A DNA stretch of 64,000 bases from Balamuthia mandrillaris (Eukaryota). The position numbers and the translations under genes are program-made. Shown here piece after piece: positions 11,135 through 22,925 of this stretch (position 1 is its first letter; each line of letters begins with the position of its first letter). The stretch spans positions 1-64,000 of the forward strand of contig JAVKOQ020000046.1 of NCBI GenBank assembly GCA_031835245.2, written 5' to 3'. The notes below the pieces were generated by a model, which worked only from the letters and a program-made list of their open reading frames with translations, was not told the origin of the DNA and did no database searches.

Positions 11135-13707
11135 ATGAGCGCCGGGAGAGCCATGTCGGAGGAGGAGGCCTTGCTGCAGGAGGAAGCGGCCCTGTTGGAG
11201 GAGGAAAGAAGGCTGCAGGAGGAGCTAGCCAGCGGGGAGGCAGAGCTGGACGAAGCGGAGCTGGAATGGCAAAGGCAGCAGCAACAACGCTTCGGCCAAC
11301 AACAGTACGACGGCGGGGATGACGCCGAGGAAGAGCTGGACGAAGCGGAACTCGCCTTCCTGGCGCAGCAGAAGAAGTTGGAGGCTGAGAACACACTGCA
11401 GGGCTTCATCGAAAATCTAGAAAAAATTTGGGAGATTGACTTCAGTCAGCTCAAGTTTCTCGAACAGATCGCTGTTGGTACGTTTCTTTATCTTCCCTTT
11501 TCTCTCTCTCTCTCTCTCTCTCTTTCTGACATAACGGAAATGAACAGGTGCCTTTGGGACCATTCGAAGAGGCCAGTATTTGGGTTTGGAGGTAGCCATC
11601 AAAACGGTGTTTCCGGAGGACGATGACGATCTCGCTCTCATGTACTTGGACAGAGAGATAAACGTGCTTAAAGCCATCCGGCACCCTAACGTTGTACAGT
11701 TTATTGGCGTAAGTTTTTCTTTGTTTTTTTTTTGGTCTTTTCATTTCTCTCTGCAAGGTCGCTCATTTCTTTCTCTCCTTTCCATACGTTATGGCTCTAT
11801 CTTATGATAGATTTCTGACGATAGTTCTAACAATCTTATTCACATTGTAACTGAAGTAAGTTCGTCTCTCTCTCTCTCTCTCTCTCCCTTCATTTCGCAC
11901 TTCTCTTTTTCTTGTTTCTCTCTCTTGCTATCTTCTCTAATCTACTCATTTTTACAACCTAAAAAGTACATGAAAAATGGAGATTTAAGAAAGAAACTAA
12001 AGGATCCAGAAGTAAAGCTAAGTTGGAAACAAAAAACCCAAATTGCATACGAGCTGGCCACGGCTTTGGCCTATCTTCATTCCAAGAACATCATCCATCG
12101 CGATTTGAAGAGCAAAAACATTCTGGTTTGTATTTTTCCTCTGCCACTTTCATGACCACAGAATAGTGAAGATGATGACATCTCTCGCTATCGCAATAAG
12201 GTGGACAAAGACTTAAAGGTCAAGCTCTGCGATTTTGGTTTTGCTAGGACAGCCGAATACGCTCGCCGTCCCATGACCCTTTGTGGTTTGTTTCAACTTT
12301 CTGTTTGTTGGTTTCATTGACCTATTTATTACTTATCCTAACCTCAATCTCATCACTATTTGTTTTTTCTTTTTTTTTTTTAAAAAAAAAGGAACGGAAG
12401 ACTGGATGGCGCCAGAGATCATAATGGGAGAGGCTTACAGTTTGAAAGCCGATGTATTTTCATACGGAATAGTTTTGATTGAAATCATCACTCGCAAGAA
12501 GATATCGAAAGAGTTGCAACGAGGACCAGAAGAAGCGTTTAGCCTCAACGAAGAAAAATTTTTGAGCCTCTGCCCTCCCGACTGTCCATCAGATCTGAGC
12601 CAGGCTGTATTGGAGTGTTGCATGCCAGATCCGGACAAGCGACCAACGTTTGAGGCGTTGGTCGAACATTTTGAGATTGTGTTGCAGGAACTGGATGAGC
12701 AGGAGAAGAAGGAGAGGGAAGAAAAAGAGGCTATGAAGAAGGAGAGAACCAGCGCGTTGGAGAAGTTCAGACAGCAAGCTGCATTGTTGCGACAGGGCGT
12801 CATTGAGAAGGTACCACGTTGAATTGTTCTTTTTTTGGTTTCATTTCAGCTCTTAACGCATTCTCTCATTTCTGTTTTGGTTTGCAGGGCACTATTCGGG
12901 CAAGACAAGGTTTGGCTCAACAAGCCCACGAACGCAACAAAAATCCAATCGTCATCACGGCACCTGCCGTCCTCAAAGAGAAAAAATCCAGGCTTGTCCG
13001 AACCACCGCCAACAATCGTGTCAGCACCATTCACAACCTCATCGGACAACAAATATCCAACACCCTCCCTCTTAATGGCCCTGCTCCTACCACAGTGTCT
13101 TTACCTGCCAGCCGAAGCAGACGAGCTCGCACTGGACCTGCTCCTGTCATGGGTATTTTCCCTCTTCTGCTTCCTGCTTCTCTGTAACTTGCTCACCAAA
13201 GCTTCGCCGTTGCGTTCGCTTCATCAATGTTATGTAGTACCAATACCTGGTCAACAAGCAGATCAAAGCCAAGTCCGAGCATTCCCGCCGGTTGGTGTCT
13301 TCAAGATGCCGGCTACTTCCTACAAACCAGCTGTGGCAGCACCTCCCCCTGTTGGCGTGTTCAAGATGCCAGCCACCACCTACCAACCGGCCTTGATGCC
13401 AACGGGCGACAAAAGCCGAGGCAAGAGCCGAATCGTGCGGCCTGCTCTTGTTCCAGGTGCTCCTGGTGGCACTACCAAACCTGTCTACCCGGCTGCCTCT
13501 GCTCGCAATCCTTCTCCTCTTCCTTCCGGTGCCACTCCCACCTTTCTTGCTGCAAGTGCGGCAGCGCCCACTCCCAGTGGTGGTGAGGCGTTGCCTCGAC
13601 CCTATGCGGCGAGTGCCAAGGCGCCTTCTCCGAACAGCAGCAAAAAGAACTTCAACTCGCCGAGAGCACATATCCCCCTACCGACCCCTCCTGTTCGTAA
13701 AGACTGA
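11135..13707 (+). CDS. TKL-group protein kinase (LIMK/TESK-like) with acidic N-terminus and Pro-rich tail
   Basis: WEIDFSQLKFLEQIAVG, VAIK, HPNVVQFIG, IIHRDLKSKNIL, VKLCDFGFAR, GTEDWMAPEII, ADVFSYGIVLIEIIT, CPPDCP..PDKRPTF spread over exons. Confidence 0.92.
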
Positions 13708-13784
13708 CTTGTTAATTTTTTTTTTCCGATTCTCTTTTCCTTCCTCGTTTCTTTGGGGTTTTCTTGTTATAATAATAATAATAA

Positions 13785-14555
13785 TCACAACATCAAAGAT
13801 GCACCTTCTTTCTCTTCCTCTTTTGCAGTTTGTACATAGGCAGCTGTTAGCGACATAGCTTGCTTTTCTGCTTCTTCGTTTTCTTTTATCTCGGGACCAA
13901 TGGAACCTTGTTTGGTGGAGGTGGTTGCTATTTTACCTCTTCCTCGCCCTCTGCCTCGCCCAGTTCCTCGACCTCTATTCTTACTTCCTCCTCTGGTTGT
14001 AGCCGGCACCTGGTTGTTCCTTCCTCGCCCTGCTTTTCCTTTTCCTCTTCCGCCAAAGCTAAGAGAGTCAGGTATTCTACAATTTATCTTTCGCCTGCTA
14101 TGTGACTGATCATCGCAGCAACTTTCTTCCATGGCAGCTTCGTTCGTTGGAGCCTCCGTTGGTGTCACCTTTGATTCTGTTTCGGGTCTGGTTTTTCTGG
14201 TCGGCTGTACATCCATCTTGGCCAACAACTCAGAAGCTTCATCCATCATTTGCCCAGTTCTTCATGTTTTCAAAGGAGAAAAGAGATGAGGTTAATCGAA
14301 AACAATAAAATAAGCAGGGAACGTGCGTACTGTTTGTTCCTTTGTTTCCGTTTAATGATTGCTTGTCTTCTTCGTTCCTTGTCTGCCTTTGTTTCTTTGC
14401 CTCTCCGCTGTCTTCTCCGATGGAAGCGGCGAGAACGCGAGGGTGGTGGATGAAAGTAAAAAGTGGAGGGGTAGTGATGCAGATCTACCAGATGTCGCTT
14501 CCGATCGCTGTCCCGCCAAAAGCTGTGTCCACATCCCTCCACTAAGCATTCATAC

Positions 14556-14598
<43 letters not shown>

Positions 14599-14932
14599 GA
14601 AGCAGGGAGCGCACGATGAGAACGAGGTAGACAAGACGAGAAACGGGGGGGAGAACCATCTTTTTGCTGCGTGCGAGAAGAACAAACATAGAATCATGTG
14701 ACTCTAAAACATGTAGCTCAAGTAGACGAGCCATCGGAAAGACCCGGCTACACACAGTGCACGTGTGTTTGTGCACGCTATTATAGTGCGCCTCAAAAGC
14801 AGCCACCCCTCGAAGTTTTTGTTTGCAGCCTGGCATGGGACACTTTATTGGTCGTTCGCTGGTTGTACAAGAATATGAGAAGAGAACGAAAGCACAGAGC
14901 AGAGTGGAGAGAATTGAGTGAAGATAAGGCGA

Positions 14933-14972
<40 letters not shown>

Positions 14973-15254
14973 AAAGAACCCTTCGTTCTCTGCAGCGTCA
15001 TCGCTGGGAAGGTCCAAAGCGCACTGTTTTGCTACGAGCTCTCTTGCGAGGTCCCCTTCTTCCCAAAAAGGGTGTCCCAGAGGGTACCTCCGTTTCACTC
15101 TCAGCCCAGTGGTCCCTTCCGTCGCTGCCACTGTCACCACCCGCACCACTCCTTCGCTTTCACCGGTGGCCTGTTTCTTCTTTGCCGTCGCCGAACCACC
15201 ACCACCACCACGAAGGTCCCCTAACAAAAAGGGTGGTCCCTGCTGCTCCTCCAT
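13785..15254 (-). CDS. C2H2 zinc-finger protein, ZNF511-like
   Basis: CPMPGC..FEAHYNSVH, CTVCSRVFP..LLELHVLESHDSMF, YECLVEGCGHSF..RKRHLVDLHHYP; RG-rich tail. Confidence 0.8.
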
Positions 15255-15455
15255 GTTCTCTCCTCTCCTTGCTCCTGGCAGTGGCTTCCCTTGTCAAGAC
15301 AAGAGAGAGGACGTGAGAGCATTATTTTTGCAGACAGTCAACCAAGGAGAAGCTTTTGGGCTCAATTACTTGACGATTGCAGCACGAGAGGAGGATTTTA
15401 CCTGAGAATTATTCTCTTGTTGCGAAGAGAGAGAGAGGGAGAGAGACTAACGAGA

Positions 15456-16070
15456 ATGGAAGCACCGTCGAGAATAACGCGAGACTACGCAGCTCCATCC
15501 AGCCACGAGCATTACCAGCCTGACCTACAACAGACCTACCACGACCCCGAGGTAGTCCAAGCGGTAGTAGGCATCGTCTTGGAGGAGCTCGAACCGCGTC
15601 TCCTCTCCGTTGGAAGCAGCAGCTCGGACAAGCCGGAGCGCGAGACAGAGTCCACAGCCATCGCCCTCAGCCTGCTCTCCCAGTTCGTGACGGACTGGCT
15701 GAGCGACATCCCCTCCTGGAGCTTCCCTGAACCCGACGAACTCAGCGAGCTGATCGCCAACTACCTGGAAAGGGTGGCCAAAGCGGCGGATGGACCCGCC
15801 AAAGCCAAGGTCCTGCAAGAGGAGCTGCTCAAACGTCGCGTGGTGCGGCTCTCCACGCGCAGCTACGAGGTGGAACAGCTCCTCTCCAACAGTGCCGTCG
15901 GAGAGGAGGAGGGCCACCTGTTGAGCAAGCAGTGCGGGGACTATGCCGCCCAGCTGCACCAAGAGATCTTGGAATTGGGAGAACCCTACAGAAAGGAGCT
16001 TTTGGCGGAGCTGAAGCAGGTCACCACTCTGCATGTTTTGGTGTATGGTCTCTCCAACTTTAGTCTTTAA
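15456..16070 (+). CDS. Hypothetical protein
   Basis: GC-rich, coding-like ORF from ATG 15456 (MEAPSRITRDY...), alpha-helical composition, no recognised domain. Confidence 0.6.
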   Translation: MEAPSRITRDYAAPSSHEHYQPDLQQTYHDPEVVQAVVGIVLEELEPRLLSVGSSSSDKPERETESTAIALSLLSQFVTDWLSDIPSWSFPEPDELSELIANYLERVAKAADGPAKAKVLQEELLKRRVVRLSTRSYEVEQLLSNSAVGEEEGHLLSKQCGDYAAQLHQEILELGEPYRKELLAELKQVTTLHVLVYGLSNFSL

Positions 16071-16184
16071 AAACGGGGAAGCAAAAGGGTGTCTTAGTCC
16101 TTTTCTATCCTTTCTGTTTATGTTGTGCTTCATTGTAACTTGTGTGTTTGTTGATAAAATGAATGTTTGTGATATATTTTTTTT

Positions 16185-16374
16185 TTACTTATCTTTGCTT
16201 TTGAGAGGAGGAATGCTCAGGCAGTTGATCCCAAGATACTTGCACATGTCTGCTATCACGGACAAGCTGTAGTGAGTGCAGCACAACACGCTCACCGCCA
16301 CGAACACCCACATCGCTGCCTCCTCTGTTACTAAACCTCCACTGCATTCCAGAGTAAACAATGAGAAAGTGGAG

Positions 16375-16417
<43 letters not shown>

Positions 16418-17072
16418 AGAGTAGGATACGCACGAAGGTGAAAAAGCAGCATAGAGGGCATGGGCGGTTACTATGACCAGAGGCAGCAGAGGTCGTTGAA
16501 GTACATGAAATGGCATCTTGCACAAATGACCCAATATCAGCCGGTTCTGTTCGATTAAGCAAATATAAACGTCGGGAAATGAGAGATAGAGAGGGAGGGA
16601 GGGAGGGAGTGAGGGAGGGAAAGAAAAACGTACTGTCATTTCAGCAAAGCCCATGGACACGCCAACCTGCAAGATATGAGGGTACTTCTCCCAAAGAGGC
16701 CAAGACACATACCACCACGTCGTAACAAGCACTACATACACCACAAACGGCAACAGTTGAAGCATAGCCGGTAACACTGCCTGCTTTTGGGCTCTGCGGT
16801 GCTCCACTACAGACTTGATACTAATGGAGAAAACGTCAGCAATGAAGACGAAGAAAAGAAGAAGCAAAGAAAGCAGAAGTAGAGAAAAAGAACGAGGAAT
16901 GCACTTGAAAATTAAAGTAACAGCAAGCGGAAGAAACAATGCCCAGCTGGTAAGGTCTCGCATCTCTGTGTCAGGCCATGTAGCTACCAGCGCGGAATGC
17001 CTAAGAGATAATACGTCTTTGTAACTACTTGTCCAAAAGCTGGGTCCTGTATCACTCTCGTTAATATTTTCT

Positions 17073-17105
<33 letters not shown>

Positions 17106-18159
17106 GACCGTACCAACAAAAGCAGTCCAGAAATAAGCAAGCATCATTAGCTTTAAGCCTTCTGTAGGTCCGTTAATTACTCCCAAGTATAACGTTCCGG
17201 TATGATACCTGGTAAACAACACATTCAGTTTAGCACTGTAGCTTAAATTCTAGAAGAGGAACCGAAACGTGGTAGAAACATACTGCTCCCAAGTGGAGAA
17301 CCAAAAGGTAGCACTGGAGGATAACAGAGTGAGCATGGACATGTAGCCTGGTCCGAATTGAAGTATACAAGCCGCAACGGCAGCATGGAGCTTTTAAGTC
17401 ACGTTCAAAGATCGACGAACGATAAAGTTAATAACATTACAAACAGCGAAACAACAGGGCGAATGAATCATGAAAGAAACAAGAAAGACCAAAAGAATGC
17501 AATGAAAAGAGAAATAGCGTACCGGAACAGAAAGACAGTCACAACCGTGATCAAAGAGTTCGCCAAGCGGAGAAGAGCTTCCGGTTCGTCGTGCTTGCCT
17601 CCCATCCAAGTTATCCAAAAGAGAGTACCATTCTTCGAAATGCGGTCACCAACGTGAGTAACACACAAACACACTAAACACAATACACTGACACAAACAT
17701 AAACAAACAACGTGATAAATAATACCGACACAAAGGCCAGCGAGAACGTAGAGCCAGAGGGGAGCAGGCCCTTCAAAGGCTGGCACGTAGTAGAAGCACA
17801 ACACCCAACTCAAAAACAGACCAAATAACCTGCACAGTTGCGATTGGTAAAACCACTCGATGGTTTCACCACCAAGCAAAAAAAAAAAGTGCGATTCAAC
17901 AAAACAAAAAGAGGAGGCGGACCCAATGAGCGTGATCAAGTTTGGAGCTATGCGAATGGGAACAAAACGGATGCAGTAGTTCCAATAGGGTTGCAGGACA
18001 TACTTGCTGAAAGGGCTGTTGCCAAAGGCAAAGAGGAGGAAAAATAAGAATAGAAACAGCTTTGATGGGCTAGGGAAAAAGAATTTACCTTGCATCGAGT
18101 ACGCTGTACTTGTAGTATTTCAAGTTCTCCAAGTCCTTCTGCTCCAAATAGTACCCCAT
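16185..18159 (-). CDS. Choline/ethanolamine phosphotransferase (CDP-alcohol phosphatidyltransferase)
   Basis: [42 protein letters not shown], and CDP-alcohol motif [26 protein letters not shown]; last exon ends [17 protein letters not shown]. Confidence 0.93.
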
Positions 18160-18325
18160 TCCTTTGCAACTCCTCACCTTGGGGTCCAGCAGCCAACAAG
18201 CGCAACACTACTTTTTTCTTGCGAAAGAATGTTGAGCACGCAAGGCATTCCAAACTTGTGTTTCGCCTGTTAGTACGGTGATATTTTTCTTGCAATGGCA
18301 GACATTTCTGTCATTTTCATGTGAG

Positions 18326-18407
18326 GACATCGTGACCGAGTGGTTAAGGTGATTGACTAGAAATCAATTGGGCTCCGCCCGCGCAGGTTCGAATCCTGCC
18401 GATGTCG
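18326..18407 (+). tRNA. tRNA-Ser (anticodon AGA)
   Basis: Acceptor stem GACATCG/CGATGTC + discriminator G; D-arm ACCGAGTGGTTAAGGT; anticodon arm ATTGA-CTAGAAA-TCAAT; long variable arm; T-arm GCAGG-TTCGAAT-CCTGC; T-run terminator downstream. 82 nt. Confidence 0.96.
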
Positions 18408-18693
18408 ATATATTTTTGTTTTTGCTTAAAATGGAAATGTTTAATCATTGGTTTAATTCATTTTTAAATTCGTGTAATGCTGCCTTCAATTCACAATTTT
18501 TTGTTTGTTGTTGTGTGCCGAGAAAGAAAGGAGAGTAAAAGGTGGTGTGTGCCTTTGTCTCTTGTTTTGCTGGCAAACCCTGCCTTTTATTTTTCCGGCA
18601 CAACACCAACAACACTTGGTGAAAGAACAAAAGACCTGGTTTTTTCCGTCTCGTCTGCTCTTAAACTATCAGCAGAGCCTTTAGCATTAAAAA

Positions 18694-19043
18694 ATGAGTG
18701 AATCGGAGAATAACGCCACTGCGGAGGCCAACAACAACAGTAGCGCCGAGAAATCGGCAGCAATAGCAGCGGAGAAGAGCGGCTTCCCTGCTGCCTCTAA
18801 AACCGACTCAAAGAAACGATCCAAAGAAGAAGCGTTCGAGTTTTTGGCAAAGCAGATCATGATCAACAAAAATCAAGGTTTGGCCTATACTCTCTTTTTG
18901 CTTGCCTTAAAAAACAATACCCTCTAAAATCAAGTATGTTTCCCTTGCATGCAGATAACATGAATGCGTTCCTGTTATGTTTTACAAATTACGCGACAAG
19001 TAATATTGACTTGTGCGATATTTGGTTGGCTGAGTACGTAACT

Positions 19044-19095
<52 letters not shown>

Positions 19096-22000
19096 CTTCT
19101 TTTTTCTCCTTTGTTTGAAGCAAATATGATTACAATCATTATTAGCTCTATCTGACTTCATTCATGATAGAAATACTGTAAAGAATGAATTATGTTTCTG
19201 TTCTCTCTCTCTCTCTCTCTCTCTTGCACGCGTTGTTGTCCTGAACGTCTTCGCTCTTCTGCTCCACTCTTCTTCGCCTTTCTTCTTCCTCTCCTTTCCT
19301 CTCTCCTTCCTTTCCTTTCCAATTTTCTCTCTTCTTTTAACTGGCTGGTGTAAACAGGTATAAAAAGATATGCCAAAAATGTGAACAAATAGAGAAAAAA
19401 GCCAAAGAGTCTGGCAAACCGTCCAAGGACAGGACTTCCTCCACCTCCATTGAGCTCATCTTCCGCGAACGGTTCGTATCTCCATAATTTTTTTAACTCT
19501 AAACACTACCTGAACCTAAACAAACAACACAGAATGTTGGAGTTTTTGAGGTTATGGGTAACGCACCACCCAACGGACCTCAACCCCAAGCAGCACGGCC
19601 TCCTTCAAAAGGGCATCAAGAAGGGGAGCGGTGCGGCCGTCGAGGACGAGTTCAAAGTGCTCTTCCAGATGGCTAAAAGCAAGAACACGCTCTACTCCTC
19701 ACACAGCGAGTCCGAAGGCCTCTCCCTCTCCAAGTTGATGGTGAGAGCTTCCAACTTGAACATGTCGGCTCCGAACTTGGGTTTGTTTTCCAGAAAGAGC
19801 AGCAAGGGAGGAAGTCTGGGAGGAGGAATCGGAGGAAGCGCAGTAGGAAGCAAAGTTAGCGCAAAGAAGGAGGCAAAGATGCAAGCCAATGCAGCCAAGA
19901 AGAAAGGAGAAAAGGACTTTCTTTCGTTCTCGGAGGAGATGATAGCGGTCGAGTTGACCATGTTCGAGTTTGAGATTTTCAACCTGATAAAGATGAGAGA
20001 GTTTGTGAACTCTGGATGGCAGAAAAGCGGAGCGGAGAAGGAACGGCTAGCCCCCAACATCTCCAAGATGATCACTCGCTTCAACGAGGTCGGCTTTTGG
20101 GTGTCGAGCCAGATACTTACCAAAAGAAAGATCAACGAGCAGGTCAACCTGGTGAAGAAGTTTGTGAAGATTGGGCTGCATTGCAGGCAGTTGGGGAATT
20201 TTAATACCATTATGCAGATACTTTCTGGTCTGACTCATAGCGCTGTTGCTCGGTTAAAGGTTTGTTTCTCTCTTGTTCTTGTTCTTGTTCTTGTTCTTGT
20301 TCTTGTTCTTGTTCTTGTTCTTGTTCTTGTTCTTGTTCTTGTTCTTGTTCTTGTTCTTTTTCTTGTTCTTTTTCTTGTTCTTTTTCTTTTTTTCTTCTTC
20401 TTCTTCTCTTCTTCATGTGTTCTTGCTCTTTTCTTCGTTTTAAGTTCCAACTGTACTTATTTTAAATCAAAAAGACAATGTGGCGAAGTATTCCAAAGAG
20501 TACAGTTCGGGAGCTCGAAGAGTTAAAGAAACTGATGAATCCAGAACAAAACTTCCGATCGTACCGATTAGAGTTACAAGCGAGAGAAGAGAGCGAGGAG
20601 CCGACGTTACCTTATCTCGGTTTATTGCTTCGACATTTGATCTACTTGGAGGAGAACGATCGTTACCTCAAAGATGGCGCCATTAACTTTGGCCTCATGA
20701 AAGCCATTTGGGAACAGGTAAAGAAAGTACGAATACTTCAAAGCCGTCCCTATTTGCTTCCAAGGTATCCTTTGTTGCAGCCTTTTGTTCTTTGTTCATT
20801 TTTTCTTATCTTATTTTCTTAACTTTTTCTAGAAATGCGATCGTTCAAAACTATGTTACGTCGTTGAAGTATCTAGAGGATGAAGACTTGATGTATGCGC
20901 TTTCCATTGCCTGCGAACCGAGCACACGTACTGGCGTCCGTACCGAGTACAATTCCCGTGCTCCAAACGTTTCGCAACGACCGACCTCTCTTTCTCCGAC
21001 AACAACGATACCATCATCAGCCACTATGAGACCGGGAGAGACGAAAGAAACGGATTCAGCGGACGGTAAAAAGAAACAACGCCCTAAAAGCGGTTTGCCT
21101 GCTGGTTTTAATGCCATTGGTTTGTGCTTCTCCCGTTTTCTTATTCATTTTAAACTTCTCATCATGGCCTCACAATGAATTCTTGTAACATTCTCGATCG
21201 CAACAAACAGAGAGCGACAGCAGCGACAGTGAACGTCACACGCTTAGCGAACATATTCCTCGCAAAAGCTCAGCTGCGCTCTCTCCTACCTCCTCCTCCG
21301 TCGCTTTAGACTTGGCTCTTGCTGCCGACTGTTCTCCTAGTCGACTTTATTCCAGCGAAGGGATGCCTTCTCTTCCTCCAAGAAGAAAGCCTCCTCCCAT
21401 TCCAACAAACCGAAACAACAATGGAAAACGTGCTCCTTCTCCTTCTTCGCCGAAAGAAGAAAAAGAACAAGAAGTAGATGACGATGACGATAAAACAGCT
21501 TCTGGTCTTCTCTCGGAAGACGATGACTTCTCTTCCAGAACTGCTTCTCCTTCTTCTTCTTTCAGCCTGCTCCCAGGACAGCGAGATGCAGAGTTTGACG
21601 AGGAAAGTGAGAGTTCAGCACCATCCTCACCCTGGGTGCTTCGTAACTTCTCAGCAGCGTCCAGTAATGCAGCTGACATGAGTGACGATGACGAGACCAA
21701 ACGAACTATTCATCAGAGCATCGAGATGTTCAACTCTGAATGGCACAGCGAAGAAAGCACGACCGGGAAAGAGAATGGAAGCGGTACTGGAGAGGAATGG
21801 GAGGAAGAGGAAGAGGTGGAAGAAGAAGAGAAGAAGCAAAGAGTGATGATGATGAAGAGTCCATTAGGATTGATGGGCAACATCAACAGAAAGCTTAAAT
21901 ACAACAGACAAAAGGGGAAAGAGAGAGAAAGGGAGAAAGAGCCAGAAAAAGACGGAAAAGACAAGGCAGCGGAAGCAGAAGAAGATGCAGAAGCAGCAGC

Positions 22001-22205
22001 AGAAGAAGCGGACGAAGAGAAGTACTTTGGAAGACAGCTTCAACGGACTCAGACAGAACTGTTCTTTGGAAGGTTGGCTGCTGGCAGCGCCAAAATGATG
22101 GAAGGGTCGACCGTCGAGGAGCAGAGGAAAGAGGATGAAGCTGCCGCAGCAACGACCGATAGCAACGACAAAGATGAGAAAGAAGGAACGACAACGAATG
22201 AATGA
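18694..22205 (+). CDS. Ras guanine nucleotide exchange factor (REM + CDC25 domain)
   Basis: REM: MNAFLLCFTNYAT, MLEFLRLWVTHHPTD. CDC25: IAVELTMFEFEIF, APNISKMITRFNEVGFWV, LGNFNTIMQILSGL, NFRSYR..PTLPYLGLLLRHLIYLEE..INFG, LMYALSIACEP. Confidence 0.92.
20272..20357 (+). repeat. Intronic (GTTCTT)n microsatellite
   Basis: About 14 perfect hexamer units inside a RasGEF intron. Confidence 0.95.
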
Positions 22206-22925
22206 ATGCAAAAAAATGGCAAGCTTTGCATGTCTCCTTTGGTTTAATATTTCTCATCAATGTATAATAAACAAAAAAAAAACCTCTAAACAAAAAAGCA
22301 AACACAAAAAACTAACAGAAAGAAAATAAACCATAGTGCTATTATGATATAGCAAGGACGTGTCCTTCAACCAAGCGCACAATCTTCTTTCATTTAGCAC
22401 ACCCTTTTTCTGCGCAAAAAAAAACAACGCGACGGGAAAAAGCGTAGCAGAGTTTTTTTGTAGTATTAACGTGTATTGTTTTTTTGGGGGGGAGGGAGAG
22501 AGAGAAGAAAGAGAAGGGAATCGGTTTTCGCCGCGGCGATTCGATTTTGTTGGCGATTGCGTAGCGGTGGTTGTTGTAGTAGCGAGCTCAGGAAACTTTG
22601 GTAGGAGCAGGTGGAAGCAGGAACAAGAAGTACAAGAAGATCAACCATCTTTTTTTGTTTTTTCCAGCAGATTTTTTTTTTCTGGCAATCAAAGACGACG
22701 TGGTAGTAGAGGAAGAAGAGAGAAGGTTGTTGCTTTACGTTAAAGATATTTTTTTTTGTATTGTTTTCCTTCTCTTTTTCTTTAAGCTCTAACAAAAGCG
22801 TTTTTGCTTTTCTTAAAAAAAAAAACAGGAATCAAACTGTACTCTGGATTTCCATTCGATTTCTTTTGCGTTTTCATCATTTTTTTTTTAAAAAAAAGAT
22901 TGATTGAAATCGAAAAGAATCGAAG

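Noticed and set aside
16185..18159. CEPT as selenoprotein I (SELENOI)
   Set aside because: The last exon ends in TAA with no C-terminal UGA, and I see no SECIS downstream.
20210..20526. ORFs with LVLVLV / EQEQEQ / CSCSCS / RTRTRT runs
   Set aside because: Translations of an intronic (GTTCTT)n microsatellite.
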